A DNA stretch of 63,774 bases, counting the filler, from Lama guanicoe (Eukaryota): the NCBI GenBank assembly GCA_013239625.1. It is 154 parts of 154 records of this genome, joined end to end, with 100 filler letters (N's around TTAATTAATTAA, not from the genome) between each part and the next. Parts side by side here need not be neighbours in the genome. Positions count along the whole stretch, not along the records: positions 36,870 to 37,184 come from PNXV01055563.1; positions 37,285 to 37,599 come from PNXV01055564.1; positions 37,700 to 38,014 come from PNXV01055565.1; positions 38,115 to 38,429 come from PNXV01055566.1; positions 38,530 to 38,844 come from PNXV01055567.1; positions 38,945 to 39,259 come from PNXV01055568.1; positions 39,360 to 39,674 come from PNXV01055569.1; positions 39,775 to 40,089 come from PNXV01055570.1; 146 more parts are not named here. The stretch is one strand, 5' to 3'. Position 1 is the stretch's first letter; every line of letters starts with the position of its first letter. Under the pieces are notes generated by a model. It was not told where the DNA came from. It saw nothing but the letters and a program-made list of their open reading frames with translations, and ran no database searches. Positions 36,870-49,642 of the stretch are shown piece by piece. A program made the position numbers and the translations under genes.

Positions 36870-37184
36870 CATCATATACAAAAATAAACTCAAAATGGAT
36901 TAAAGACCTAAATCTAAGACATGACACAGTAAAACTCCAAGAAGAGAACATAGGCAAAGATTCTTCGACACAAATCATAGCAATATTTTCTTAGATCCAT
37001 CTCCCAAGGCAAAAGAAACAAAAGCAAAAATAAACAAGTGGGACCTAATTATTAAAAAGCTTTTGCACAGTAAAGGAAACCATCAACAAAATAAAAAGAC
37101 AACCTACAGAATAGGAGAAACATCTGTGATGGACGGGGTTAATTTCTAAAATATATGAAAGCTCATGCAACTTAACATAAAAAA
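36870..37184 (+). mobile_element. L1 ORF2 fragment
   Basis: CATATACAAAAATAAACTCAAAATGGATTAAAGACCTAAAT ([13 protein letters not shown]) and following motifs. Confidence 0.95.
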
Positions 37185-37284
37185 NNNNNNNNNNNNNNNN
37201 NNNNNNNNNNNNNNNNNNNNNNNNNNNNTTAATTAATTAANNNNNNNNNNNNNNNNNNNNNNNNNNNNNNNNNNNNNNNNNNNN

Positions 37285-37333
37285 GGCCCTCGGGGAGGAA
37301 GGTCCCCCTGGCTGGCCCTCGGGGAGGAAGGTC
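37285..37333. repeat. Tandem duplication, 29-bp period
   Basis: GGCCCTCGGGGAGGAAGGTC occurs at 37285 and again at 37314. Confidence 0.85.
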
Positions 37334-38114
37334 TCAGCTAATCCAGGGCTTGGTTAAAACCAGACATTATCTGCTTCTGTGAATTTGTATTAGGTTCATC
37401 TCCAAAATTGTCAAATACTAGATTCAAAAAACCCTGGTATTTCAAAGTATCCTCAGGAAAGAAGCTGTTGTGAGAACCATCTCAATTAAATTATTTCAAG
37501 ATTGATTGACTTGCAGATTTTCAATGAAATAACAAAAGTTCCTTGAAGGTATGGAAGTCTGCCATTAATACAGTTACTCAAGGGACTCGTGCATCCGCGN
37601 NNNNNNNNNNNNNNNNNNNNNNNNNNNNNNNNNNNNNNNNNNNTTAATTAATTAANNNNNNNNNNNNNNNNNNNNNNNNNNNNNNNNNNNNNNNNNNNNG
37701 ATCTCTCTTCCTTCTGCTCTGAGCCTCTGCCTTGTTTATCTTTTCCCAATCCTTTATTTTCAGTCTTTTTGAAGTTTGTTTTTGAAACCCCGTTTTAGGT
37801 GGCTTTTAGTTTTAAAAGCCATATGCGAGATAGATTTTTAAAATTCCAAGCAGACCGTCTGTTTTTTTAAGAGAATCGTTTAGCATGTTTAAATGTATTG
37901 TGTTGACTGAGGGGCTTGAGTTTATTTCTACTGTTTTATTGTGATTTGGCATTGATTATGCTTTTTCTTTGCTGATCCCTTTTTCCCCCGTCATCTCCCG
38001 ATTTCTCTTGCATTNNNNNNNNNNNNNNNNNNNNNNNNNNNNNNNNNNNNNNNNNNNNTTAATTAATTAANNNNNNNNNNNNNNNNNNNNNNNNNNNNNN
38101 NNNNNNNNNNNNNN

Positions 38115-38429
38115 TTTTCTTTTTTTTTTTAATTGAAGTATAGTCACTTACAATGTGTCAATTCTGGTGTACAGCATAACGTCCCAGTCATGCATATGCA
38201 CACATATATTTGTTTTCATATTCCTTTTCATTAAAGATTATTACAAAATATTGAATATAGTTTCCTGTGCTATATAGAAGAAATTTGGTTTTATCTATTT
38301 TTCTATATAGTGGTTAACATTTTTATATATAGTGGTAAACTCCCAAATCCCAAATTTATCCCTTTCCACCCCCTTTCCCCAGGTAATCATAAGATTGTTT
38401 ACTATGTCTGCAAGTCTGTTTCTGTCTTG
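38115..38429 (-). mobile_element. L1 3' terminus with poly(A) tail
   Basis: Poly-T, then AATTGAAGTATAGTCACTTACAATGTG...TTGAATATAGTTTCCTGTGCTATA. Confidence 0.92.
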
Positions 38430-38529
38430 NNNNNNNNNNNNNNNNNNNNNNNNNNNNNNNNNNNNNNNNNNNNTTAATTAATTAANNNNNNNNNNNNNNN
38501 NNNNNNNNNNNNNNNNNNNNNNNNNNNNN

Positions 38530-38762
38530 TGTGAGAAGTAATTGTAATCTGAATATTTTAAAGATAGAGCCAGTAGGATTTTCGGAGAGATTATATATGC
38601 TGAGTGAGGGTAGGGAGTGGAAAAGTGAGTGATGAAAGTTGACTGTGTGATTTCTGACTTGAGAACCTAGTAGAATAGAGTTATCATCAACTGGGATGGG
38701 GAGGGTGAAGCTAGAGAAGATCTGGTAGGGAACAGGGCTCACTTTCTGAAGCATTAAATTTG
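38530..38762 (-). mobile_element. L2 fragment (followed by an MLT1 piece to 38844)
   Basis: TATTTTAAAGATAGAGCCAGTAGGATTT...TTTCTGACTTGAGAACCTAGTAGAAT...ACTGGGATGGGGA; then GGGTGGCTTGAACAACAGGAATTTATTTTCTCACAGT (MLT1). Confidence 0.75.
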
Positions 38763-40604
38763 GAATTGGTGCTAGCCTGCCAAAGAAAATCCCATATTGG
38801 GTGGCTTGAACAACAGGAATTTATTTTCTCACAGTACTGAAAGTNNNNNNNNNNNNNNNNNNNNNNNNNNNNNNNNNNNNNNNNNNNNTTAATTAATTAA
38901 NNNNNNNNNNNNNNNNNNNNNNNNNNNNNNNNNNNNNNNNNNNNTTTCCTTAAAACTACTTAACAACTAGCTTATCTAAATATCTGATACCCAATATTGC
39001 GCATGGTTGTTATGGCCCTTGAATTCCTCTTCACCCTCTTCTTCGTCCTGACTTGATGAGACCAGACCAGGTGTTCTATAGAACGTTTTGCCTTCTGGAT
39101 TTTCTAATTTTTCTTCATGGTGTCATCTAGCTAGTTACTCCATCCTCTACATATTATCACTCTTTGGTGCTCAGCTGTGGCCTATGGGCACATTTATATA
39201 GTGCCAGATCATATAGTATGGAGGTCCTTAATTGCCATTTAATCTATGTTAGAGCCTATNNNNNNNNNNNNNNNNNNNNNNNNNNNNNNNNNNNNNNNNN
39301 NNNTTAATTAATTAANNNNNNNNNNNNNNNNNNNNNNNNNNNNNNNNNNNNNNNNNNNNATGAATCAAGATCATGTCGGAATGAAGATCTTTTATCACTG
39401 TAATTCTACACTGAGTGGCCTAAAATTACCTGAGTGTGAAGTTAAAATGTGGAAGATGTTCTATTAGGGAATCTAAGACTATAAATCTCAACATAGATTT
39501 GAGCTAATGAAAAAGCATGTGATGATTTAATACTTATTGTACTGCATTTTTAGAACTATAGGTAGGCTGATGTAATAAAAATTTGCAATCACTGTTTTTA
39601 GGAATAATATTTTTGTAACCACCTATATTTGAAATCTAGTTTTAACTGGCATTTGGAGAAAGAAGACATTCAGTNNNNNNNNNNNNNNNNNNNNNNNNNN
39701 NNNNNNNNNNNNNNNNNNTTAATTAATTAANNNNNNNNNNNNNNNNNNNNNNNNNNNNNNNNNNNNNNNNNNNNAAGCAAACAAACCCACCAACCAACCA
39801 ACCAACCAAATTTATTTCTCCCCCACCCCTCACCGGGAAAAAAAAGAAGAAACTTAGAGGCATCCAGGGCCAGCTTCATGATTCTATACACAGGAATTAC
39901 ATGGCCCACCAGCCTCTGGTTCCCTCCTACCACCTGCCAGACCTAGTGGGATCCAGGAAAGCAATATCCCCTTTGCTTGCACCTGGTCCCCAACACGTGG
40001 CAGACTACTGCTCCTAAGGGATAAAATTTCCATGCTAGGTTGTTATTGGTATCTGGATCAAGGATAGGTGGCAGTCTCTTCCCTGCCTANNNNNNNNNNN
40101 NNNNNNNNNNNNNNNNNNNNNNNNNNNNNNNNNTTAATTAATTAANNNNNNNNNNNNNNNNNNNNNNNNNNNNNNNNNNNNNNNNNNNNGGAGGAAGGTA
40201 TGTATTCCACATTTCAACTTGGCAACTAGAGAAGATTGCTTACAGCAGTGTCAATGTGGGTACCATTGAGAGGGGATGACAGCTGCAGAAATTGCTGCAA
40301 GAGAATTGATGATAATACGAGAAGCAGAAACCATGTGACCAGGAAGTCTTGGCACTGAAACTGGAGAATCATCACATAAAGTAGAAGAAAATATTGTTTA
40401 TGATTCACAGGGGCCTACGTGAGCTACTGCATAAGTGAGAATAAGTGATGTTGTGGCAGGTTAAGGGTATGGTAACTATATCCCTAATCTTTACTATTGT
40501 CACANNNNNNNNNNNNNNNNNNNNNNNNNNNNNNNNNNNNNNNNNNNNTTAATTAATTAANNNNNNNNNNNNNNNNNNNNNNNNNNNNNNNNNNNNNNNN
40601 NNNN

Positions 40605-40919
40605 TTTTGATTACTGCTTCAATCTGTTTATTCGTTATTGGTTTGTTCAGTCTTTCTATCGTGTCTTGATTCAGAGGTGGTAGGTTGAATATTTCTAGGA
40701 ATTTATACATTTCTCCTAGGTTGTCTCATTCTTTGGTGTAAAATAGTTCATAATTTTCCTTTATCATTCATTTTATTTCTATGGGGTCAGATGTAATTTC
40801 TCCTCTTTAAAACTGGACTTTATTTATTTAAATCTTCACTTGCATTTTCTTAGTTCATGTAGCTAAAGGTTTGTGGGTTTTATCTTTTCAAATAATTAAT
40901 TCAGTGTGTCAGTTATTTT
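40605..40919 (-). mobile_element. L1 ORF2 fragment (endonuclease/tower region)
   Basis: TTGATTACTGCTTCAATC...TTTCTAGGAATTTATACATTTCTCCTAGGTTG...TAGCTAAAGGTTTGT. Confidence 0.85.
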
Positions 40920-42264
40920 NNNNNNNNNNNNNNNNNNNNNNNNNNNNNNNNNNNNNNNNNNNNTTAATTAATTAANNNNNNNNNNNNNNNNNNNNNNNNN
41001 NNNNNNNNNNNNNNNNNNNAATGAACTGAATGTGGCCGAAGAAAAACACCTACTTGTTCCAGAATATGTGATGCAGGCAAGTGGTCATGATTTCAGTTTG
41101 ACTTATGTTCTGTCTAATTTTCTCTATGTCATCTTGGAATTTAATGTTTTCACTTAATGTGTCTTGGACCCAACAGCTTTCTACCTGATGTTGGTGAGGC
41201 CCCTTGACCTTTCTGGTATTCAGTCTCATCTCTCTGAGTGTGGTGGCGATCACCTGTATTGTAAGGGTTTTTCTCATTTCTCACCCTGCCTGATATTTTA
41301 GGAGTGTCTGTCTCCACTGACTACCCCAACCCTCNNNNNNNNNNNNNNNNNNNNNNNNNNNNNNNNNNNNNNNNNNNNTTAATTAATTAANNNNNNNNNN
41401 NNNNNNNNNNNNNNNNNNNNNNNNNNNNNNNNNNTGGGGGTTGGGAGAGTTTCTGCAGACTCAGGACCCAGTCACTCCCCCCACGGCATTTATACTGTAA
41501 CTGGGGCCCCATTTCCACCCACCCAGAGCACGGGGATACGAGGTAGTGTGTCACAGTACTGCAGTGACCCCCAGGACGAGGGGCACTGAGGAGGCTGGGA
41601 GAGGGAGCGTGCACTGGGGGCAGAGGCCTCCTGCAGCAGACGGGCCTCGAGGGTGGGCAGACCTGGAGTACTGTGTTGTGCACCGCACACACACGACCTA
41701 GGGTGGGAGTGGCGCCCCTTGAGTTGTGCAGTGCAGCGGCTCTGGCAAANNNNNNNNNNNNNNNNNNNNNNNNNNNNNNNNNNNNNNNNNNNNTTAATTA
41801 ATTAANNNNNNNNNNNNNNNNNNNNNNNNNNNNNNNNNNNNNNNNNNNNATGGCTATAATATTCCCAACAAAGAAAATGCAGGTGATGTTGGCTTGATAT
41901 GCAGTAAATTTTATTCCTAGGATGTGGATAAAAATAAAAACAAAAAATTATTCAAAATGAATGAATAGCTCCACCTGCCACAGAGCAGATGTACAAACTG
42001 GGAAGTATTGTATGTGCCTCCATTGTGATCTCAGCTAATTCCTAGGTCCTAAATCATTCAGTACGATTGGCTTTCACCAGTTCATAAATAATAAGTAAAT
42101 GGCTGGCTGGATGGATGGGATTCAGATTGACTTGTTCTCTGTTGTGTTCAGAATAAAGAAAGGANNNNNNNNNNNNNNNNNNNNNNNNNNNNNNNNNNNN
42201 NNNNNNNNTTAATTAATTAANNNNNNNNNNNNNNNNNNNNNNNNNNNNNNNNNNNNNNNNNNNN

Positions 42265-42522
42265 TGGGATGATAATCAGGGAATATGACCCCAAACCCTT
42301 TCCTCCCCAGTGAATATTCCATCCATTTATTTTTGCACCTCATGTAACTAACTTGCCAAAGAAACTCCGGGCAGCCACTCCCCTGAGCCTGCCTGCTCTC
42401 CCCTGAGAGTGTACTATCTATCCTTTAATAAATCTTCACTTTACCTTTTTTAACCTGTAAGTCTTGTCTTTGAATTCTTTCTAGGATGGGACAAGAACCT
42501 GGAACACCGGTTGCATCTATCA
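42265..42522 (+). mobile_element. ERV1-type LTR, 3' portion
   Basis: GAGAGTGTACT followed by AATAAA (42427-42432), then TGAATTCTTTC...ACAAGAACC and a CA terminus, the typical ERV1 R/U5 layout. No primer-binding site follows. Confidence 0.75.
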
Positions 42523-42679
42523 GCAACATGTATGTATTTATCTATCTACCTACCTAAAGCAATATTTGTACTATTACTANNNNNNNNNNNNNNNNNNNNN
42601 NNNNNNNNNNNNNNNNNNNNNNNTTAATTAATTAANNNNNNNNNNNNNNNNNNNNNNNNNNNNNNNNNNNNNNNNNNNN

Positions 42680-42994
42680 GGTCAGATCCTCCAGACAGAA
42701 AATCAATAAGGCAATGCTAGAAATTAAAGACACAATAGAACAGTTGGACTTGGTTGATATTTTTAGGAAAATAGAATATGTATTCTTTTCAAGTGTACAT
42801 GGAACGTTCTCTAGGATAGATCATGTACTCAGGCACTAAAGAACCCTCAACAAATTTAAGAAGATATAAATTATTTCAAGTATCTTTTCAGAGCACAATG
42901 CCATGAAACTAGAAATCAACCATAGAAAAACAAAGGAGGAAAAAAGTGACAGCATGGAGATTAAACAACATGCTAATAAAAACAAAACAAAACA
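42680..42994 (+). mobile_element. L1 ORF2 endonuclease fragment
   Basis: Encodes RSSRQKINK, EYVFFSSVHGTFSRIDHVL and IISSIFSEHNAMKLEINHRK, with an internal deletion. Confidence 0.95.
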
Positions 42995-43094
42995 NNNNNN
43001 NNNNNNNNNNNNNNNNNNNNNNNNNNNNNNNNNNNNNNTTAATTAATTAANNNNNNNNNNNNNNNNNNNNNNNNNNNNNNNNNNNNNNNNNNNN

Positions 43095-43409
43095 TATATG
43101 TACCATGACAATTAACCATTTCTCTTGCTTACTATCCCTAAGATACTATTATCTTCTGATATCATTTCCCTTCTATCTGAAGAACTTCCCTTTAGCAATT
43201 CCTTTACAGCAAGTCTGCTGGCAACAAATTCTCTCAGTTTTCCTTCATCTGAGAACACTTTAATTTCACCTTGTTGCCTGAGGTCTTTTTTACTAAACAT
43301 AGATTTTCAAGCTCTGTTTTTTCAGCAATTGAAAAATATCATGCACTTCCTTCTGTAGTTTCTGGTTAGTCATTCGAAGTGTTCTCCTACAGGTAATGTG
43401 CCATTTTTT
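43095..43409 (-). mobile_element. L1 ORF1 C-terminal fragment
   Basis: Minus-strand QGEIKVFSDEGKLREFVASRLAVKELLKG is the ORF1p C-terminal domain motif. Confidence 0.9.
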
Positions 43410-43509
43410 NNNNNNNNNNNNNNNNNNNNNNNNNNNNNNNNNNNNNNNNNNNNTTAATTAATTAANNNNNNNNNNNNNNNNNNNNNNNNNNNNNNNNNNN
43501 NNNNNNNNN

Positions 43510-43824
43510 TTCTCACCAACACTTGTTATTTGTTGTCTTTTGGATAATAGCCATTCTGACAGGTGGGAGGTAATATCTCATTGTGGTTTTGATTTGCATT
43601 TCCCTTAAGAGTATTTATCTGAAGAAAACAAAAACACGAATTAGAAAAGATACATGCACCCCTATGTTCATTGCAGCATTGTTTATAATCATCCAGACAC
43701 GGAAACAATCTAAGTGCCTGTCAATAGATAAGTGGATAAAGAAGATGTGGTAAATATATATACAATGCAATGTTAGCCTTAAAAATAATGAAATCTTGTC
43801 ATTTGTAACAACATGGATGGACCT
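43510..43824 (+). mobile_element. L1 with 5' inversion (junction ~43608)
   Basis: 43510-43607 is the reverse complement of the ORF2 MQIKTTMRY...KCW segment. From ~43609 the plus strand carries the downstream ORF2 segment IYLKK...DTCTPMFIAALF...WIKKMW. Confidence 0.9.
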
Positions 43825-44058
43825 NNNNNNNNNNNNNNNNNNNNNNNNNNNNNNNNNNNNNNNNNNNNTTAATTAATTAANNNNNNNNNNNNNNNNNNNN
43901 NNNNNNNNNNNNNNNNNNNNNNNNGGAAGAGGAAATTGCAAAGGACACTGAGAAGAAGCCAGAAAACAAGAGAAAGGGTCACCAAAGACAGGGGTGATGG
44001 GAGGAAGAGAAGAAGCCACTGTGAACAGTGTCATCAGTGAATGAACAAGGTAAAGACC

Positions 44059-44190
44059 TAAGACTGAACGTGTCCCCCAGATTCATCTATTGAAATCTAA
44101 TCCCCAACATAACAGTATTTGCAGGTGGGGCCTTTGGGAAGTAGTAAGGCCATAAAGGTGGAGCTCTCATGATAAGATCAGTGCCTTTAT
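44059..44190 (+). mobile_element. MLT1A-like LTR 5' part, interrupted by an L1 fragment (44191-44239)
   Basis: ACTGAACGTGTCCCCCAGATTCAT...GGTGGGGCCTTTGGGA...TCAGTGCCTTTAT is abruptly followed by L1 GAACCCTCCTACACTGTTGGTGGGAATGTA. Confidence 0.85.
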
Positions 44191-46009
44191 GAACCCTCCT
44201 ACACTGTTGGTGGGAATGTAGTTTGGTGCAGCCACTGTGNNNNNNNNNNNNNNNNNNNNNNNNNNNNNNNNNNNNNNNNNNNNTTAATTAATTAANNNNN
44301 NNNNNNNNNNNNNNNNNNNNNNNNNNNNNNNNNNNNNNNTCAGGTATCATTTTTGCAACTGGGGCCAAACCAGGCTCTGGGTTCTCAGAGCTCTCCCCCT
44401 CTTTCCCACCCTTGGAAACAGCCTGCCCATCTCCACCACCTTCCCCAGGGTGACCCGGAGGGGCAGGGCTACCCTGGCTGACACTCCGAGCACTGGACAC
44501 TTACCCTGAGCACCGAACAAAAGGAGGTACTTCCTTGCCCCCAAAACTACATTCTGAACAGACACCCAACTCTACGGAGAATACTTTGCCCTCTTCCCAG
44601 ACAAGAGAGCGTGGAAATATTCTAAAATAAATCCCCTTTATATATATATATATANNNNNNNNNNNNNNNNNNNNNNNNNNNNNNNNNNNNNNNNNNNNTT
44701 AATTAATTAANNNNNNNNNNNNNNNNNNNNNNNNNNNNNNNNNNNNNNNNNNNNGTTTTGGGATTTCCCAGTGTATGCCACACCCCCTTCCTTTCCTGAA
44801 GGCAGGTTGTGATGTCCTTCCTCCACCAGCACTGGAGTCAGAAGATATGGCTTTGACTCTTGGCTTGGCTAATTATTGTCTGTGTCTTTGGGAAAATTAA
44901 TTAGCATTTTAATGGCCCTCAGGTTTATCAATTATAGAGAGAAAATGATGATGAAAGTAATAAATTTTATCACACTAAAACTGAGTTAGTCCTCTCTGCC
45001 TATAGCATTCTTGGGGGTATCAATTGGAGAAGTAAGCAAGAAACAGAAAAGTCTTAGAATGTCTTTTCTNNNNNNNNNNNNNNNNNNNNNNNNNNNNNNN
45101 NNNNNNNNNNNNNTTAATTAATTAANNNNNNNNNNNNNNNNNNNNNNNNNNNNNNNNNNNNNNNNNNNNGCTGAAGACTTAAATTGCCTGCTTCCTTTTA
45201 GCATTAGTTTGAGCCTCTGGTTAATAAAAAGATAATATGAATGTATATTTCTCTTGAAGCAACTATTTGTTGAGGATTATATAAAATAGTGAAGTTAGAA
45301 AAAATGTATTCAAAGCACAAGGAGGCGGAAACCAGTATATCTGTTACATCGAGTTCTTTAAAGACAAAAACAAAGTAATATGTTTTCTCCATTACTCAGC
45401 AAAAGTTCATTCTAATTCAATGAAATATAATTATCTGACTATAATTTGAGAATATTTCAGAGAATATATTTTACTTTACTATTTTNNNNNNNNNNNNNNN
45501 NNNNNNNNNNNNNNNNNNNNNNNNNNNNNTTAATTAATTAANNNNNNNNNNNNNNNNNNNNNNNNNNNNNNNNNNNNNNNNNNNNTCCTAACACAAACAC
45601 ACTTCCTGTGTGAAATGCAGGCTTCCCTTTAGCTCTTTGCTGTGATGTCAACATTGCTTCATAGTAGCTGTCAAGCACGTTATTCAGGCGACTGTAGAGA
45701 TGAACTCTTCTCCAGGCTTAGTGACTGTGCTGCTCTTAATGCTCGGTAAGTAAAATGCGTCTAAAAATGTGTATTCTTTCTTCTGTTTCATCAGGAAAAT
45801 CTTTAACCGTAATTTTATTGGAGAGCTTTATGCCCAAGGAGACATGAACTATTTTATTCTTGCCCAGGACGAACCCGTGGAGACTCAGTGATGCAGACGG
45901 NNNNNNNNNNNNNNNNNNNNNNNNNNNNNNNNNNNNNNNNNNNNTTAATTAATTAANNNNNNNNNNNNNNNNNNNNNNNNNNNNNNNNNNNNNNNNNNNN
46001 TTTTTTTTT

Positions 46010-46315
46010 AATGAGACAACAATGAAGTCTGCCACATCGATTGACCCTTCCTTTTGAAAATGATTTCTCTGTAGCATGCAATGCTGTTTGATAGCATTCT
46101 ACCCACACTGGAACTTCTTTCAAAATTGAAGTCAATGCTCTGAAGCCCTTCTGATGCTTTATCAAATAAATTTATGTTATATTCTAAATCCTATGTTGTC
46201 ATTTTAGCAAACTGCACAGCATCTCCACCAGAAGTAGATTCCATCTCAAGAAAACACTTTCTTTGCTCATCCCTAAGAAGCAACCCTCCTCGTCCTGTAA
46301 GTTTTATCCTGAGAT
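46010..46315 (-). mobile_element. Tigger1 (Tc1/mariner-pogo) transposase C-terminal fragment, disabled
   Basis: Minus strand reads DEQRKCFLEMESTSGGDAVQFAKMTT*DLEYNINLFDKASEGLQSIDFNFERSSSVGRMLSNSIACYREI, matching the recalled Tigger1/TIGD1 sequence, with stop codons. Confidence 0.92.
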
Positions 46316-46415
46316 NNNNNNNNNNNNNNNNNNNNNNNNNNNNNNNNNNNNNNNNNNNNTTAATTAATTAANNNNNNNNNNNNNNNNNNNNNNNNNNNNN
46401 NNNNNNNNNNNNNNN

Positions 46416-46730
46416 TATATAACATTCCTAAAATACCAAACTTCAGGAAGTGAACGAAGGAGTGAAGGAAGAGAAGAGAGTCGGTGTAGCTACAATGGGA
46501 AGACTGGTGGTGATGCTTACATGGAGCTATACATGTGATAAAACTACATAAAACACACACATGCACATGCTCACATGCACACACACGTGCAGGTAAAACC
46601 AGCGAACTCTGAATGGTTCTGTGCACAGCACCGTGTAGTTTCCTAGTTTCAGTGCTGTGCTGTATCCTGGGTGTGGGATGATTTCACTGGGGGAAACTGA
46701 GTGAAGGACACACGGGACCTGCCTCTACAT
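46416..46730 (+). mobile_element. Old L1 3' UTR (L1MC-like)
   Basis: CTATACATGTGATAAAACTACATA...GTAAAACCAGCGAACTCTGAAT...CACTGGGGGAAACTGAGTGAAGGACACACGGGACCT. Confidence 0.8.
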
Positions 46731-48494
46731 NNNNNNNNNNNNNNNNNNNNNNNNNNNNNNNNNNNNNNNNNNNNTTAATTAATTAANNNNNNNNNNNNNN
46801 NNNNNNNNNNNNNNNNNNNNNNNNNNNNNNTATAGGATCCTTGACAGATTGTGTCATGTGGACCTTCCTCAGGAGACACTGCACAGCAAGTCACCCACAA
46901 CTCAGATGAGAGTTTTGTAAACAAAGGGAAACTGCTATTATCTAGTCTTAGCAAAAAACAGTCTCCCTAAGAACTGCTCAACAGACAAGTCCTGGTGCTC
47001 CTGCACCAGCAATGTGGAGCCCAGCATTCCCTGCAGCTTTCTCACTCACCCCCCAAAATCCCAAACTGGCCTAGGCTCTACTTTACATGGACAAAGAAGG
47101 AGAAATGACACTTAATTCACTGTTGCTTGTATATACCCTGGGATTANNNNNNNNNNNNNNNNNNNNNNNNNNNNNNNNNNNNNNNNNNNNTTAATTAATT
47201 AANNNNNNNNNNNNNNNNNNNNNNNNNNNNNNNNNNNNNNNNNNNNAAAAAAAGTAGTAGGGAATTCATAAGACTTCTTTCTTTTCCAAACTATTAAATG
47301 AAAAATAAAGATATATTCTTCAAACCTGTCAAGGTGACATAGAACTGAAAAGACAATGTCACCTACTATTTGTCTTTCCAATTGAGGTTAGCAAATTTTT
47401 CCTTTTGAACACAACTTAATAGACATACTTTTTTATTTATGTGACAAAATTATAACTTGAAAATTCCTTACTTATTTGATTATTTTTTATGCATAAGTAC
47501 CATAGGGAACATGCAGCTTTCACAGCCTAAGGCAGTAGTCTCATGTAAGAATAAAATACAAANNNNNNNNNNNNNNNNNNNNNNNNNNNNNNNNNNNNNN
47601 NNNNNNTTAATTAATTAANNNNNNNNNNNNNNNNNNNNNNNNNNNNNNNNNNNNNNNNNNNNCATAAGAAAGGCATTTTACAGATGTGATTTTAAGAATC
47701 TTGAGAGCAACATTTGCCACCAAGCCCAGCAGTCCTCGTCCACAGGCTTGGCCACTGAGGTTGCCTGCGATTGTCACCAATACTGACCTCAGTTGATGGA
47801 GCTGCACAGAGACTAGGCTGCTGCACATGCCTCAAGCCAGGACCATGGCACCCTACACAGCCAACACCCTCACACCCACCTCCAGGGGAAGGTCTTTCTT
47901 TTATAGGCATCAGAAGAGAGAATGCTTTCGGGTTATCTAGTTTATAATGTGGCCAAAAATAAAATTGCTCATTCATTTNNNNNNNNNNNNNNNNNNNNNN
48001 NNNNNNNNNNNNNNNNNNNNNNTTAATTAATTAANNNNNNNNNNNNNNNNNNNNNNNNNNNNNNNNNNNNNNNNNNNNGAGGTTATCAAATGGGCTGGAT
48101 TCTGGATGCATCAACCTGCCTGCTGACATGAGGCTAGTGCCCCCTTCATCCTGGAGGCTCTCCTGGCTTTGGGGATGGAGAGGCCTGGGTTTACAGACTT
48201 GGTACAACAGGTCGGTCTGCTGAGGACTTTCCAGCTGCCAGACTTCGGGACGATTAAAAAAGGGAAGCCGGCGTTTGATGTAGGACTGGTTTGTCCGTGG
48301 GAATCCGCAGAATTAGGCGCTATCTCTATGGCAGATGTGAAAGATTTTCATTTATGAATTTCATCTCCTTTGATCCATATGGACATTCTCTTTTNNNNNN
48401 NNNNNNNNNNNNNNNNNNNNNNNNNNNNNNNNNNNNNNTTAATTAATTAANNNNNNNNNNNNNNNNNNNNNNNNNNNNNNNNNNNNNNNNNNNN

Positions 48495-48810
48495 GCCCGA
48501 CGCGGCCGCGGCCACCGGGACTCCGGAGCTGCCGGAGACGCGCGGGAGGCGGCCACCTGGGCCGCGGGCACGCCCACCCGCCGGGGCGCCGGGGACCGGG
48601 GCCGCCCGAGCTGGGCGCTGGGGGCAGGGGTGCCCTCCCCGGGGGCCCCTCATCCTGGTGCACTGCGCAGGCTGTGGGCGGCGCCCGCCGGGGAAGGGGG
48701 CGTCCCGGCGACCCCGGCGGCCCAGATCGGCTCTCGGGCCAGTAACCCACCCCTCCGCGACCCTCTAACGCCCGCTGAGTGCCCCCTTCCCAGCCCTGGC
48801 CTGTGCGGGG
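48495..48810. promoter_or_regulatory. CpG-island fragment (gene not identified)
   Basis: Very GC-rich with dense CpG. Confidence 0.7.
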
Positions 48811-49454
48811 NNNNNNNNNNNNNNNNNNNNNNNNNNNNNNNNNNNNNNNNNNNNTTAATTAATTAANNNNNNNNNNNNNNNNNNNNNNNNNNNNNNNNNN
48901 NNNNNNNNNNTGATTTCTCACTCCATCTCATGAAACTCCCATTCACCACTAACTATATACAAGGATGAGGTTTTGGTGAAGAAAAATGTGTCCATAACTG
49001 CAGTGTCAACGCTAGGACAAATGTCACAGTTCTGAGTGGTGGTGTATCTAAGGGGGTATGGTATGAATGAGTGAACATCCTGCAACCAGGACAATTTCTT
49101 TGATTTCCTTAGAATTTCCAGGATGTACGTGTGTCTAATAAGTACTTGTTGACTTGACCCATTGTAGATTTATCACAGAAATATGGTGGCTACAGGAGGT
49201 TTTAGGTGAAAGAATAAACCTCTCGGNNNNNNNNNNNNNNNNNNNNNNNNNNNNNNNNNNNNNNNNNNNNTTAATTAATTAANNNNNNNNNNNNNNNNNN
49301 NNNNNNNNNNNNNNNNNNNNNNNNNNTATTTGTATACTCTGTGATCAAACAATTCATGTGCAGCACAGACATATGTAAGTGCATTCATTAAGCACAATCC
49401 ACAGTATCTAAAAACTAGGGGGGAGGGACTCTAGGAGACTATCTCTTTTTTTAA

Positions 49455-49642
49455 TCTAGCTATATACTGTTAACAAGACATATACCTAAAACATAAGGAC
49501 ACAGAAAGTTTGAAAGTAACAGCACAGGTGAAAAAGATGCCATTAAGATACTACCAAATTAAATCCAAATTAGTATCAAATTAGACTTTAAAAAGCATTT
49601 CTAGAAATAAAGACACAAAAGGAACTGTTCTCCACAAGTATA
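49455..49642 (+). mobile_element. Old L1 ORF2 N-terminal (endonuclease) fragment
   Basis: CTATATACTGTTAACAAGACATATACCTAAAACATAAGGACACAGAAAGTTTGAAAGTAA resembles the ICCLQETHL...LKVK motif. Confidence 0.7.

Noticed and set aside
45746..45891. GTAAGT donor, pyrimidine tract/AG acceptor and a short terminal frame KIFNRNFIGELYAQGDMNYFILAQDEPVETQ*
   Set aside because: The implied intron is only 49 nt, shorter than typical mammalian introns, and the peptide is not recognised.
46010..46315. Domesticated TIGD1 gene
   Set aside because: In-frame stops and many substitutions indicate an ordinary decayed Tigger1 copy.
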